From Thermoanaerobaculia bacterium (GTDB taxonomy: Bacteria > Acidobacteriota > Thermoanaerobaculia > Multivoradales > Multivoraceae): a DNA stretch of 52,388 nucleotides. The notes under the pieces were generated by a model that searched no databases, was not told the DNA's origin, and was given only the letters and a program-made list of their open reading frames with translations. Position numbers and translations under genes: made by a program. The stretch is from assembly GCA_035544635.1 (NCBI GenBank), contig DATKDQ010000222.1, positions 1 through 52,388 of the forward strand, read 5' to 3'. This document shows, one piece after another, positions 38,538-48,163 of this stretch. The stretch's first letter is position 1. Each line of letters begins with the position of its first letter.

Positions 38538-41480
38538 CTACTCGATCTGCTGCAGCAGCTCGAGCAGCTCCTCGGGCGAGAAGATCTTGCCGAGGCGCGG
38601 ATGGTCGGCCTGCACCACGTCCCCGAGCAGCTGGCGCTTGCGCTCGATCATCGCCGCGATCCGCTCCTCGAGCGTGTTCTCGGCCAGGAGCTTGAACACC
38701 TGCACCGCACGGCGCTGCCCGATGCGGTAGACGCGATCGGTCGCCTGATCCTCCTTGGCGGCGTTCCACCAGCGGTCGTAGTGGATGACGACCGAGCCGC
38801 CGACCAGGTCGATGCCGGTGCCGCCGGCGCGCAGGCTGCCGAGAAACACCCGGCAGGCGGGGTCCTCGTTGAAGCGGTCCACCACCTCCCCGCGCTTGCG
38901 GGTGGAGCCGGTGAGTGTGGCGTACTCGACGCTGAGCCCGCGCAGGTACTCCTGCATGATGCGGATCATCCCGAGGTACTGAGTGAAGACCACCACCTTC
39001 TGGCCGCTGCCGAGGCTCTCGTCGAGGAGCTCCTTGAACAGGTCCCACTTGCGCGAGTCGTGCCGCTCCCACTCGCCGAGCGTCCCCAGCGCGAGCGCCG
39101 GGTGGTCGCAGATCTGCTTCAGGAGGTTCAGCACCGCGAAAATATGGATGTACGGCAGCGGCTCGACCTTGGCGCGGATGCGGTCGGCCAGCGCGGCACC
39201 GCGCGTCGCGATGGTCTGCCGATAGAGCTCGCGCTGCTCGTCCGACAGCGTGCAGGTGCGGGTATCCTCGATCTTCTCCGGCAGCTCGTCGAGCACGCTC
39301 TCCTTGAGGCGCCGCAGCACGAACGGGGCGACCAGCCGGCGCAGCGAGCGCAGGCCCTCCTCGTCGGCGCCGTCGCGGGTGCCGGCGCCGAAGCGATCGA
39401 AGTATGTCTCGTCGTCGCCGAGATAGCCGGGGAGGATGAGATCGAACAGGTTCTTGAGCTCGTCGAGCGAGTTCTCGATCGGCGTCCCGGTCAGGCCGAT
39501 CTTCATCTTGGCGTCGAGGGCGATCGCCGCCTGGTGCGCCTGGGTCTCGCGGTTCTTGATCCACTGCACCTCGTCGAAGACGACCAGCTCCCACGGCACC
39601 TTGCGGAGCTTCTTGGCGTCGTTGCGCAGCACGCCGTACGAGGCGATCAGGAGGCTGCCCGCCTCGAGCGCCCGGTCGAGGTCGCGCTGGGCGCCGTGGT
39701 AGATCACCGCCCGCAGATCGGGCGCATGGTCGCGCAGCTTGTTGCGCCAGTGGCTGATCACGGTGCGCGGGCAGATGACGAGGAACGGCTTCTTCACCTG
39801 GCAGTGCTCGCGCAGCAAAAGCATGAGCGCCATCGCCTGGTGAGTCTTGCCCAGCCCCATGTCGTCGCAGAGCAGCCCGGCGAGCTGGTTCTCCCAGAGG
39901 AAGTGCAGCCACTCGACGCCGATCCTCTGGTACGGGCGTAGCTCGCTCTTCATCCCCGCCAGCGGCGCCAACGGCAGCGATGGGCGCAGCTCGAGCAGCC
40001 GCTCGACGATCGCCGCCCGGGCGCCGGTTCCAGAGATCCGTACCGGCTTCGAGGTCGACGACTTGAGTCGGAGGATCTGCGCCGAGGAGAGCTGCACCTT
40101 GCCACCCACCCGTCTGGGCTTGGCGCTGCGGCGGCTCCCAGTGAGCGGCGCGATGCCGGCGAGAGCGGGCGCGGTGAGATCGATCCAGCCCCGCTCACTC
40201 TCGAGATAGGGCAGACCCTGCCCCTTTGCCTCCAGCAGCTTCTCGAGCGGGATGGTCTCGTCACCGAAGCCGTAGCGCACCGCCATGGTGTCGGACTCGC
40301 CGGCGGCGATCTCGAGGAAGTCGAACTCCCGGAAGATCCGGAGCTCCCTCATCGCGTCCTCGAGCACGAGCTTCGGCTTGGCGCCGGCGGCGTCGCCGCG
40401 CTCCAGGAATCCGGCGATGCGGTTGGCCTTGAGCCGGCGCTTTCCGATCGCGCCCCGGTCCTCGGCCCCTTCGATCTCGGCCAGCACCTCGACCTCGGGC
40501 AGGTAGAGGAGCCCGCCGTAGCGGAATTTCGCGAGCTCCGCCTCCGCGGCCCTCGTCGACTCGTCGGGGTCGACGAGCACCTGGAGCTTCGCCACCAGCG
40601 TTCGCTTCTCGCGGTCGCCGGCGAGGAGCCTCAGGAGCGGCAGCAGGGGCAGCGGCTCGGGTGCGGTGCGGCCGCTCGCCTGCGACTCCTCGAGCAGGAA
40701 CGCGAGCAGGCTCCGCACCCTGGTCCGCGGCACCGAGACCCGGGCCACCGGCTGCGCGGGGCCGCGCAGGAAGGTGGCTGTGAACTCGCCGGTTTGGAGG
40801 TCGATCGCCGGTTCGAAATGACCACGGTCCTCGTACTCGCGCGAGCCGTGATAGGCGAGCCGATACCACAGGCTCTCCTCGAAGGACTGGCGATTGGTGC
40901 GCAGGCCGGCGCGGTTGAGGTGCTGCTCCTCGGCGGTGCGCAGGAACATGGAGAGCTTCTCGATCAGCCCGCTGCGGTCCTGGAAGCCGTTGTCGGGCGG
41001 CAGCTTGCCGATGCGCTCGAGGAACCGCAGCGTCGCCGGCGAGTGCTCGAGGAGCTCGACCAATGTGCGCCCCTCGGGCGAGGTGAGCCGGACGGCAAGG
41101 CGATCGCCGCGGCGCACCTGCAGGATGCGCGTGTCCTTGAAGGGCTGCGGGTCGCCCTCTTGGAGGAGCTGCGCCAAGCGGTGCCAGCGGGTGGCGGCGA
41201 ACACCTCGCCCCACGACCGGTTGTGGTAGCGCTTGCGGAACTCGCCGATCTCGCGGCCCAGCTCCTCCAGGTGGCGGCACGTCCGCCTGCGGCCGACGCT
41301 GCACCCACAGAAGCGCAGCGGCCGCGTCGAACCGACGGCGTTCTCGAGGTACATCGCCGAGCCAGGGTCGGGATCGCGCGGCTCCTGCAGGAGCGCGATG
41401 CCCGAGCGATGGAACTCGAGGTTGGAGAACCGGCTCATCGTCAGCGCGAATCGGTTCGCCGCGCAGGGGAGGCGAACCAC
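38538..41480 (-). CDS. SNF2-family helicase with N-terminal SWIM zinc finger
   Basis: The SWIM CxC..CxH motif is FCGCSVGRRRTCRHL. The SNF2 N-terminal part has LRPYQRIGVEWL, DDMGLGKT and VFDEVQWIKN. Helicase C has GGTGIDL and DRVYRIGQ. The start is GTG 41480 or ATG 41438. Confidence 0.88.
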   Translation of the reverse strand: MVRLPCAANRFALTMSRFSNLEFHRSGIALLQEPRDPDPGSAMYLENAVGSTRPLRFCGCSVGRRRTCRHLEELGREIGEFRKRYHNRSWGEVFAATRWHRLAQLLQEGDPQPFKDTRILQVRRGDRLAVRLTSPEGRTLVELLEHSPATLRFLERIGKLPPDNGFQDRSGLIEKLSMFLRTAEEQHLNRAGLRTNRQSFEESLWYRLAYHGSREYEDRGHFEPAIDLQTGEFTATFLRGPAQPVARVSVPRTRVRSLLAFLLEESQASGRTAPEPLPLLPLLRLLAGDREKRTLVAKLQVLVDPDESTRAAEAELAKFRYGGLLYLPEVEVLAEIEGAEDRGAIGKRRLKANRIAGFLERGDAAGAKPKLVLEDAMRELRIFREFDFLEIAAGESDTMAVRYGFGDETIPLEKLLEAKGQGLPYLESERGWIDLTAPALAGIAPLTGSRRSAKPRRVGGKVQLSSAQILRLKSSTSKPVRISGTGARAAIVERLLELRPSLPLAPLAGMKSELRPYQRIGVEWLHFLWENQLAGLLCDDMGLGKTHQAMALMLLLREHCQVKKPFLVICPRTVISHWRNKLRDHAPDLRAVIYHGAQRDLDRALEAGSLLIASYGVLRNDAKKLRKVPWELVVFDEVQWIKNRETQAHQAAIALDAKMKIGLTGTPIENSLDELKNLFDLILPGYLGDDETYFDRFGAGTRDGADEEGLRSLRRLVAPFVLRRLKESVLDELPEKIEDTRTCTLSDEQRELYRQTIATRGAALADRIRAKVEPLPYIHIFAVLNLLKQICDHPALALGTLGEWERHDSRKWDLFKELLDESLGSGQKVVVFTQYLGMIRIMQEYLRGLSVEYATLTGSTRKRGEVVDRFNEDPACRVFLGSLRAGGTGIDLVGGSVVIHYDRWWNAAKEDQATDRVYRIGQRRAVQVFKLLAENTLEERIAAMIERKRQLLGDVVQADHPRLGKIFSPEELLELLQQIE

Positions 41481-41553
41481 CGACTCTAGCAGGCTGCACC
41501 GGGCGCGGAGAAGACATGTCTCCGGAGGAAACGGCGCAGGATCGATCGCCGAC

Positions 41554-41582
41554 TTGACACCGCTCGATCACTCCCGTAAAGT
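41554..41582 (+). promoter_or_regulatory. Candidate sigma-70 promoter of the ilv-leu leader
   Basis: TTGACA at 41554-41559, a 17-nt spacer, then TAAAGT at 41577-41582. This is the best consensus match seen in the window. Confidence 0.55.
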
Positions 41583-41592
41583 CACCCGCCAC

Positions 41593-41784
41593 ATGCGCCG
41601 TGCTGGGGTATCCTTCTCGATGTCCACCGTCCGGGGGACCGGGTCCATCACCCAGGGGACCGGGCACGCTCCGGCGGTGGGGGCTGCGCCCGCGTTGGAC
41701 CACTCGCTCCTCGTCGGGGTCGGCTCGCTGGGGTTGCTCCTGGTCGTCCTCGCCCTTATCGTCCCCCTTCTGGGGGCGACGTAG
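41593..41784 (+). CDS. Candidate ilv-leu leader peptide (alternatively a small membrane protein)
   Basis: The ORF ends ...SLLVGVGSLGLLLVVLALIVPLLGAT*. Possible starts are ATG 41593 (2-3 nt from the predicted TSS), ATG 41620, GTG 41677 and TTG 41695. A terminator follows, then ilvE. Confidence 0.4.
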   Translation: MRRAGVSFSMSTVRGTGSITQGTGHAPAVGAAPALDHSLLVGVGSLGLLLVVLALIVPLLGAT

Positions 41785-41812
41785 CGCGACCTGCAACATA
41801 GACGCGATACGG

Positions 41813-41843
41813 AGCCCCCAGCAGTGCTGGGGGCTTCGTTTTA
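41813..41843 (+). terminator. Intrinsic terminator (attenuator) upstream of ilvE
   Basis: AGCCCCCAGC-agt-GCTGGGGGCT is a perfect 10-bp stem followed by TCGTTTTA. It lies 54 nt upstream of the ilvE ATG. Confidence 0.75.
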
Positions 41844-41896
41844 TGGGGCGATCGAGAACCATCCACCACCGCATCGGAGACGCGTAGGAGGGCCGT

Positions 41897-42850
41897 ATGC
41901 CAATCGACAAGTCGGAGTGGATCTGGATGAGCGGACGCTGGGTGAAGTGGGCGGAGGCCACCGTCCACGTCACCGCCCACGCTCTTCACTACGGATCCAG
42001 CGCGTTCGAGGGCATTCGCGCCTACGAAGGCGAGGACGGTCCGGGCATCTTCCGGCTCGACCGCCATCTCGAGCGCCTGCTCGACTCCTGCAAGCTGCTG
42101 CGCTTCGAGATGGCGGACTACGGGCTCGACACGCTGACGCGGGCCACCGTCGAGCTGGTCGCGCGCAACCGACACAAGTCCTGCTACATCCGTCCGATCG
42201 CGTTCCGCGGCTCGGAGTCGATGGGCGTCTATCCGCTCACCTGCCCGGTCGAGGTGGCGATCTTCAGCTTCCCGTGGGGCGCCTACCTCGGTCCCGAGGC
42301 GATCGAGCACGGGGTCGACGCGGCGGTCAGCTCGTGGCGCCGCTTCGCGCCGTCGACCACCGCCCCGCTCGGCAAGATCGGCGGCCAGTACGTCCCCAAT
42401 CAGTTCGTCGCGGTCGAGGCGCGGCAGAATGGCTTCGCCGAAGGCATCATGCTCGACTCGTTCGGTTACGTGAGCGAGGGCGGCGGCGAGAACCTGTTTC
42501 TGGTCAGACGCGGCGAGATCATCACCACACCGCTCTCGTCCTCGATCCTCGAGGGGGTGACCCGCGACAGCGTCGTGACGCTGGCGCGGGATCTCGGCTA
42601 CACCGTGCTGTTCGAGAGTGTGACGCGCGAGATGCTCTACCTCTGCGACGAGCTGTTCATGACCGGCACCGCCGCCGAGATCACGCCGGTGCGCTCGGTC
42701 GATCGCATTCCGATCGGCAGCGGCAAGCGCGGGCCGATCACCGCGCGCCTGCAGCAGGAGTTCTTCGGGATCGTGTCGGGGCGAGTTCCCGACCGGCACG
42801 GCTGGCTGACCAGAGTGCCGCAGCTCGCGCCGGTGGGCGCCGAGCGCTGA
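41897..42850 (+). CDS. ilvE: Branched-chain amino acid aminotransferase
   Basis: 317 aa. HALHYGSSAFEGIRAY, and the class IV aminotransferase pattern EGGGENLF...LEGVTR. AGGAGG at 41886-41891. Confidence 0.92.
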   Translation: MPIDKSEWIWMSGRWVKWAEATVHVTAHALHYGSSAFEGIRAYEGEDGPGIFRLDRHLERLLDSCKLLRFEMADYGLDTLTRATVELVARNRHKSCYIRPIAFRGSESMGVYPLTCPVEVAIFSFPWGAYLGPEAIEHGVDAAVSSWRRFAPSTTAPLGKIGGQYVPNQFVAVEARQNGFAEGIMLDSFGYVSEGGGENLFLVRRGEIITTPLSSSILEGVTRDSVVTLARDLGYTVLFESVTREMLYLCDELFMTGTAAEITPVRSVDRIPIGSGKRGPITARLQQEFFGIVSGRVPDRHGWLTRVPQLAPVGAER

Positions 42851-42880
42851 ATCGAGCGAACGACGATGGAGGGGCGGGGC

Positions 42881-44587
42881 ATGAGACTCACCGGAGCCGA
42901 GATCATCTGGGAATCACTGATGCACGAAGGATGCGACCTCGTGTTCGGGTATCCGGGCGGCGCCATCCTCCCCACCTACGACGCGCTCTCCAAGTATCCG
43001 CAGGTCCATCACGTGCTCACCCGGCACGAGCAGGGGGCCACCCACATGGCCGACGGCTATGCGCGGGCCACCGGTCGAGTGGGCGTGGTGATGGCGACCA
43101 GCGGGCCGGGTGCCACCAACCTGGTGACCGGCATCGCCACCGCGATCATGGACTCCTCCCCGATCGTCGCGATCACCGGCCAGGTCCCAAGCTCGGCGAT
43201 CGGCACCGACGCATTCCAGGAAACCGACGTCACCGGCATCACGCTCCCGATCACCAAGCACAACTACCTGGTGGCCGACGTTCGCGATTTGGCGGCCACG
43301 CTGCGCGAGGCGTTCCACGTCGCGCGAACCGGCAGGCCGGGTCCGGTTCTGGTCGACGTACCGAAGGACATCCAGATCGCCACCACCGAGTTCGAGTACC
43401 CCACCGAGCCGATCCGGCTGCGCGGCTATCGGCCGCTCGGCGCGGCGTCCCCCGAGCAGGTCGCTGCCGCCGCCAAGCTGCTGCGCACCGCCCGCCGTCC
43501 GCTCATCCTCGCCGGACACGGCGTCTTGATGTCGGGGGCCGTGCGCGAGCTGCGCGAGTTCGCCGAGTCGGCCCAGATCCCGATCGCGCTCACGCTCCTC
43601 GGCAAGGGCGCGATCTCCGAGCATCACCCGCTCTGCCTCGGCATGATGGGGATGCACGGCGAGGCCTACACCAACAACGCGATCCAGGAGGCCGACCTGC
43701 TACTCGCGTTCGGCATGCGCTTCGACGACCGCGTAACCGGCAACCTGGCGACCTACGCCAAGAAGTCGCGGAAGATCCACGTCGACATCGACCCCTCCGA
43801 GATCAACAAGAACGTCAAGGTCGACGTCGGGATCGCCGGCGACCTGCGCGCGGTGCTCCAGCAGCTCCTTCCCGTGGCGCGGCGCGAAGCCGACCCGGCA
43901 TGGATGGCGCGCATCCAGGAGTGGAAGAAGGAGACCACGGCACGCGACGTCATCCACGAGCAGGCCGGGGACAAGCTCCTCGCCGCCCACGTCATCCGCG
44001 ACCTGTGGCGCTTCACCGGCGGTGACGCCATCACCGTCACCGATGTCGGACAGCACCAGATGTGGGAGGCGCAGTACTACCCGCACGAGCGGCCGCATAC
44101 CCTGATCACCTCGGGCGGGCTCGGCACCATGGGCTTCGGGCTGCCGGCAGCGATCGGCGCCAAGATGGGCAGGCCCGGCGAGGAGGTGTGGGCGATCGTC
44201 GGCGATGGCGGCTTCCAGATGACCATGGCGGAGCTCGCGACCTGCGTGCAGGAACGAGTCGAGCTCAAGGTCGCGATCATCAACAACGGCTACCTGGGCA
44301 TGGTCCGTCAGTGGCAGGAGTTCTTCTACGAGGAGCGCTACAACGCATCACCGATGGTGAATCCGGACTTCTGCAAGATCGCCGACGCCTACGGCATCCC
44401 GGCGGTGCGCGTCACCCGACGCGAGGAGGTCGAGGACGCCGTCGCGCGCGCGCGCGCCCACGAGGGCGGCCCCATCGTGCTCGAGTTTGTGGTCGAGAAG
44501 CACGACGTCGTCTACCCGATGGTGCCCTCCGGGGCGACTCTCAACGCGATGATCCGCCGGCCAGCGGCGACGCCGGAGATGGTGTGA
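42881..44587 (+). CDS. ilvB: Acetolactate synthase large subunit
   Basis: [31 protein letters not shown], plus the ThDP motif [16 protein letters not shown]...GDGGFQM. ATG 42881 has GGAGGGG 7 nt upstream. An alternative ATG lies at 42866. Confidence 0.93.
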   Translation: MRLTGAEIIWESLMHEGCDLVFGYPGGAILPTYDALSKYPQVHHVLTRHEQGATHMADGYARATGRVGVVMATSGPGATNLVTGIATAIMDSSPIVAITGQVPSSAIGTDAFQETDVTGITLPITKHNYLVADVRDLAATLREAFHVARTGRPGPVLVDVPKDIQIATTEFEYPTEPIRLRGYRPLGAASPEQVAAAAKLLRTARRPLILAGHGVLMSGAVRELREFAESAQIPIALTLLGKGAISEHHPLCLGMMGMHGEAYTNNAIQEADLLLAFGMRFDDRVTGNLATYAKKSRKIHVDIDPSEINKNVKVDVGIAGDLRAVLQQLLPVARREADPAWMARIQEWKKETTARDVIHEQAGDKLLAAHVIRDLWRFTGGDAITVTDVGQHQMWEAQYYPHERPHTLITSGGLGTMGFGLPAAIGAKMGRPGEEVWAIVGDGGFQMTMAELATCVQERVELKVAIINNGYLGMVRQWQEFFYEERYNASPMVNPDFCKIADAYGIPAVRVTRREEVEDAVARARAHEGGPIVLEFVVEKHDVVYPMVPSGATLNAMIRRPAATPEMV

Positions 44588-45180
44588 TCGAGACGGCGAT
44601 GGAGATCCCGACCGGGAGCGGACACCCAGTGCGTACCAGCAAGCATGTCCTGACGGCGCTGGTCGAGAACCGCCCCGGCGTCCTGTCGCGGGTGGCCAAT
44701 CTCTTCCGCCGGCGCAACTTCAACATCGACAGCCTCACCGTGGGCAGGACCCACCGCGACGACCTGTCTCGCATGACGTTGGTGATGGACGGCTCTCAGG
44801 AAGAAGTCGAGCGGCTGGAGAAGAACCTCTACAAGCTGATCAACGTGATCCACGTCGAGCACATGACCGACCGGCCGTCGCTCTATCGCGACCTCGCTCT
44901 GATCAAGGTGGCGGTCTCGGGCGAGACCCGCCGCGAGGTGCACCAGCTCGCCGAGATCTTCCGCGCCCGCATCGTCGACGTCTCTCCGGAGTCGATGATC
45001 ATCGAGCTGACCGGGGAGGAGTCGAAGATCGAGAACTTCACCGACCTGCTGCGGCCGTTCGGCATCGTCGAGATGGTGCGCACCGGCGTGGTCGCGATGG
45101 GTCGAGGAGAGCACACGCTGGAGCACGACTCCTACCAGCCTCGCGCCGGCGTCCTGGGCAGTCGGAAGTCGGTGCTCTGA
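44584..45180 (+). CDS. ilvN: Acetolactate synthase small (regulatory) subunit
   Basis: GTG 44584 overlaps the ilvB stop (GTGA), with GGAG 6 nt upstream. The ACT domain is [34 protein letters not shown]. Confidence 0.9.
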   Translation: MIETAMEIPTGSGHPVRTSKHVLTALVENRPGVLSRVANLFRRRNFNIDSLTVGRTHRDDLSRMTLVMDGSQEEVERLEKNLYKLINVIHVEHMTDRPSLYRDLALIKVAVSGETRREVHQLAEIFRARIVDVSPESMIIELTGEESKIENFTDLLRPFGIVEMVRTGVVAMGRGEHTLEHDSYQPRAGVLGSRKSVL

Positions 45181-45245
45181 AGGGTTCAGACCGGCGAGCC
45201 GCGCGATCCGGCCGGACCGCCACCACACAGGAGAAGGACGCGACG

Positions 45246-46259
45246 ATGCCCAAGCTCTACTACGACGCCGACGCCGATCTCGACCTCCTCGACGGCCGCA
45301 CCGTCGCGATCATCGGCTACGGCAGTCAGGGCCACGCTCACGCGCTCAACCTCCGGGACAGCGGGATCGATGTGGTGGTCGGCCTGCCCGAGACCAGCCG
45401 CAGCCGCGCCAAGGCGGAGGCCGCGGGCCTGCGCGTCCTGGACGTGGCCGACGCGGCGCGAGCGGCGCGGATCGTCATGATCCTCACGCCCGACACCGTG
45501 CAGCGCGAGATCTACGAGCAGTCGATCAAGGCGCATCTCGCCACCGGCGACACGTTGATGTTCGCCCACGGGTTCAACGTCCGCTTCGGGCAGATCCAGC
45601 CGCCGCCGGGGGTCGACGTCAGCCTGGTGGCGCCCAAGGCACCGGGCCATCGCGTACGCGAGGTGTTCACCGAGGGCGCCGGCACTCCGGGCCTGGTGGC
45701 GATCGCCCAGGACGCGAGCGGCCACGCGCTCGAGGACGCGCTCGCCTACGCCAAGGGCATCGGCTGCACCCGTGCCGGCGTCATCGCCACCACCTTCGCG
45801 GAGGAGACCGAGACCGACCTGTTCGGCGAGCAGGTCGTCCTGTGCGGCGGCGTGTCCGCGCTGGTGCGCGGCGCCTTCGAGACCCTGGTCGAGGCCGGCT
45901 ACCAGCCGGAGGTGGCGTACTTCGAGTGCCTGCACGAGCTCAAGCTGATCGTCGACCTCATCTACGAGGGCGGCCTCTCCTACATGTGGTACTCGGTTTC
46001 GGACACCGCGGAGCACGGCGGCTACGACGCCGGCGACAAGGTGGTGACGCCGGAGACGCGCCAGGTCATGAAGCAGATTCTCGCCGACATCCAGAGCGGC
46101 GAGTACGCGCGGCGCTGGGTCGAGGAGAACCAGAAGGGCCGTCCCTGGTTCGCCGAGCGCCGCCGCCAGGAGCGCTCCCACCCGGTCGAAGGGGTGGGCA
46201 GGCAGCTCCGCGCCATGATGCCCTTCCTCGACGCCAAGGAGGTCGCCGAGGGCGGTTGA
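45246..46259 (+). CDS. ilvC: Ketol-acid reductoisomerase (class I)
   Basis: [40 protein letters not shown], 337 aa. Confidence 0.96.
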   Translation: MPKLYYDADADLDLLDGRTVAIIGYGSQGHAHALNLRDSGIDVVVGLPETSRSRAKAEAAGLRVLDVADAARAARIVMILTPDTVQREIYEQSIKAHLATGDTLMFAHGFNVRFGQIQPPPGVDVSLVAPKAPGHRVREVFTEGAGTPGLVAIAQDASGHALEDALAYAKGIGCTRAGVIATTFAEETETDLFGEQVVLCGGVSALVRGAFETLVEAGYQPEVAYFECLHELKLIVDLIYEGGLSYMWYSVSDTAEHGGYDAGDKVVTPETRQVMKQILADIQSGEYARRWVEENQKGRPWFAERRRQERSHPVEGVGRQLRAMMPFLDAKEVAEGG

Positions 46260-46268
46260 GGAACGTCG

Positions 46269-46302
46269 GCGCCGCGGACGGCGCGGTGCGTCCTGCGGAC
46301 GC
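46269..46302 (+). repeat. Hairpin-B element copy plus an adjacent hairpin (ilvC-leuA spacer)
   Basis: GCGCCG-cgga-CGGCGC at 46269-46284, then GCGTCC-tgc-GGACGC at 46288-46302. Confidence 0.65.
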
Positions 46303-46402
46303 GCTCCCGGCTCCGTCGGCGGAGCTGGATTCGGAACGTAGGGCCGAACTTGTGTCGGCCGAGGTGCAGCGCAGGAGCCGAGAGCAGACAGGAGAACGAG
46401 CC

Positions 46403-48013
46403 ATGACGCAGCCGCAACAGGACGAAGTCGTACGCATCTTCGACACCACACTGCGCGATGGCGAGCAGTCGCCGGGCGCGACGCTCACCAGCGTCGAGAA
46501 GCTCGAGATCGCACGGCAGCTCGCGAGCCTCGGCGTCGACGTGATGGAGGCCGGCTTTCCGGCGGCGAGCCCCGACGACCTCCACGCCGTCAGGCGGATC
46601 GCCGAAGAGGTGGGGACTCCCGACGGGCCGATCATCTGCGGGCTCGCGCGCGCCAACCGGGGCGACATCGAGAAGGCCTGGGAGGCGGTGCGAGAGGCGG
46701 CGAAGCCGCGCATCCACACCTTCATCGCCTGCTCCGACCTGCACATGGAGCGCAAGCTCGAGATGACGCGCGAGCAGGTGGTGGCCCAGGTGCGCGACAT
46801 GGTCGAGCTCGCGCGCGGGCTCTGCGCCGACGTCGAGTTCTCGCCCGAGGACGGGAGCCGCTCCGACGTCGACTTCCTGCTCGAGGTGCTCGGGGTCGCG
46901 ATCGAGGCCGGCGCCACCACCATCAACGTGCCGGACACCGTAGGCTACGCCACGCCCGAGGAGTACGCGGCGCTCTTTCGCCGGCTCATCGCCGAGACGC
47001 CGGGCGGCGATCGCGTGATCTGGTCGGTGCACTGCCACGACGACCTCGGCCTCGCCACCGCCAACACCATCGCCGGCCTCGCCGCCGGCGCGCGCCAGGC
47101 CGAGGTCACCATCAACGGCATCGGGGAGCGCGCCGGCAACACCAGCCTCGAGGAGGTGGTGATGGCGCTCCACACCCGGCGTCCGGTGTATGGCCTGCGC
47201 ACCTCGATCGACACCACCCAGCTCGCCCGCACCAGCCGGATGGTGAGCAACTACACCGGGATCGCGGTGCCGCCGAACAAGGCGATCGTGGGGGCGAACG
47301 CCTTCGCGCACGAGGCCGGCATCCACCAGGACGGCATGCTCAAGGACCACCGCACCTACGAGATCATGACGCCGGAGACCGTCGGCCTCTCGCACTCGAA
47401 GCTGGTGCTCGGCAAGCACAGCGGTCGCCACGCGTTCCGCATCCGCCTGGAGGAGCTCGGGCATCACCTCTCCCCCGCCGAGCTCTACCCCGCGTTCCAG
47501 CGCTTCAAGTCGCTGGCGGAGAAGAAGAAGGTCGTGACCGACGCGGACCTCAACGCGCTGGTGACGTCCGAGGTGAAGCCGGAGGCGATCTACGCCCTGG
47601 TCGATCTCCAGGTCGCCTGCGGGCGTAGCGGTCTGTCGACCGCCACCGTGCGCCTGCGCGGCCCGGGCGGTGTGGAGAAGGTCCAGCCCGCGGTGGGCAC
47701 CGGCCCGGTCGACGCCACTTTCCGCGCCATCGACGACATCGTCGAGGCGCCCAACACGCTGGTCGAGTACAGCGTGCACAGCGTCACCGAGGGCATCGAC
47801 GCGCTGGGCGAGGTGACGGTGCGCGTCAAGTCGGGCTCCGGAGACGCCCGCACCTACGGCGGCTATGGAGCCGACACCGACGTCATCATGGCGAGCGCGC
47901 AGGCCTACGTGGCGGCGCTGAACCGCATGCTCGAAGCCCAGGGACGCGGCTCCCGCGGCAAGGAGATCGGCCCGGCTACCGTCCGCACGGCTGGCTCCGG
48001 ACATGCTGGATAG
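46403..48013 (+). CDS. leuA: 2-isopropylmalate synthase
   Basis: ATG 46403, with GGAG upstream. [17 protein letters not shown] and [15 protein letters not shown]-terminal LeuA dimer/regulatory domain is present. 536 aa. Confidence 0.94.
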   Translation: MTQPQQDEVVRIFDTTLRDGEQSPGATLTSVEKLEIARQLASLGVDVMEAGFPAASPDDLHAVRRIAEEVGTPDGPIICGLARANRGDIEKAWEAVREAAKPRIHTFIACSDLHMERKLEMTREQVVAQVRDMVELARGLCADVEFSPEDGSRSDVDFLLEVLGVAIEAGATTINVPDTVGYATPEEYAALFRRLIAETPGGDRVIWSVHCHDDLGLATANTIAGLAAGARQAEVTINGIGERAGNTSLEEVVMALHTRRPVYGLRTSIDTTQLARTSRMVSNYTGIAVPPNKAIVGANAFAHEAGIHQDGMLKDHRTYEIMTPETVGLSHSKLVLGKHSGRHAFRIRLEELGHHLSPAELYPAFQRFKSLAEKKKVVTDADLNALVTSEVKPEAIYALVDLQVACGRSGLSTATVRLRGPGGVEKVQPAVGTGPVDATFRAIDDIVEAPNTLVEYSVHSVTEGIDALGEVTVRVKSGSGDARTYGGYGADTDVIMASAQAYVAALNRMLEAQGRGSRGKEIGPATVRTAGSGHAG

Positions 48014-48142
48014 CATGTCCTACGCCAGCCATGTCTTCGGTGCCGCGGACGGCGGTGGCTCCGGACATGCTGGATAGCATGTCCTCCGCCAGCCATGCCC
48101 TTGGCGCCGCGGACGGCGCGGGACATGCTGGATAGCATGTCC
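47999..48142 (+). repeat. Tandem composite hairpin array (leuA-leuC spacer)
   Basis: The 22-nt palindrome GGACATGCTGGATAGCATGTCC occurs three times, at 47999-48020, 48063-48084 and 48121-48142. The copies are separated by two related spacers that each contain hairpin B (48040-48055 and 48104-48119). Copy 1 contains the leuA stop TAG at 48011-48013. Confidence 0.9.
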
Positions 48143-48163
48143 TCCGCTTGGGAGGCATCGACG

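Noticed and set aside
38524-39912. Upstream extension of the cimA frame (the 999-aa ORF).
   Set aside because: - It overlaps the SNF2 helicase, which has clear motifs in a different frame.
- cimA homology starts exactly at ATG 38523, with GGAG upstream.
41508-41531. GGAGAAGACATGTCTCCGG, a palindrome resembling a collapsed hairpin A (GGACATG...CATGTCC).
   Set aside because: It is too short, and an 8-mer palindrome could arise by chance. It lies in the helicase/ilv divergent promoter region, where it could equally be an operator. There is not enough evidence either way.
40261-41973. A 570-aa minus-strand ORF spanning the SNF2 5' region, the divergent intergenic region and the start of ilvE.
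   Set aside because: - It is Arg/Pro-rich with no motifs.
- It crosses a promoter, a terminator and two real genes.
46303-46402. Overlapping alternative hairpins upstream of leuA (TTCGG..CCGAA versus GGCCGA..TCGGCC), considered as a second attenuator or riboswitch.
   Set aside because: - The stems are only 5-6 bp.
- There is no leader ORF with Leu codons, no U tract and no recognisable T-box or riboswitch core.
47999-48142. Possible CRISPR array: 22-nt palindromic repeats with spacers of about 36-42 nt.
   Set aside because: - There are only three repeats.
- The two spacers are homologous to each other and contain their own conserved hairpin.
- No cas genes are present.
- It fits a REP/BIME-like tandem element instead.
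48095-48163. An N-terminal extension of leuC, plus the short minus-strand ORFs with repeated MLSSMS/MLDSMS peptides (47905-48198, 47976-48158, 48020-48310).
   Set aside because: - These peptides are translations of the palindromic repeat itself.
- LeuC homology and a GGGAGG SD point to ATG 48164.
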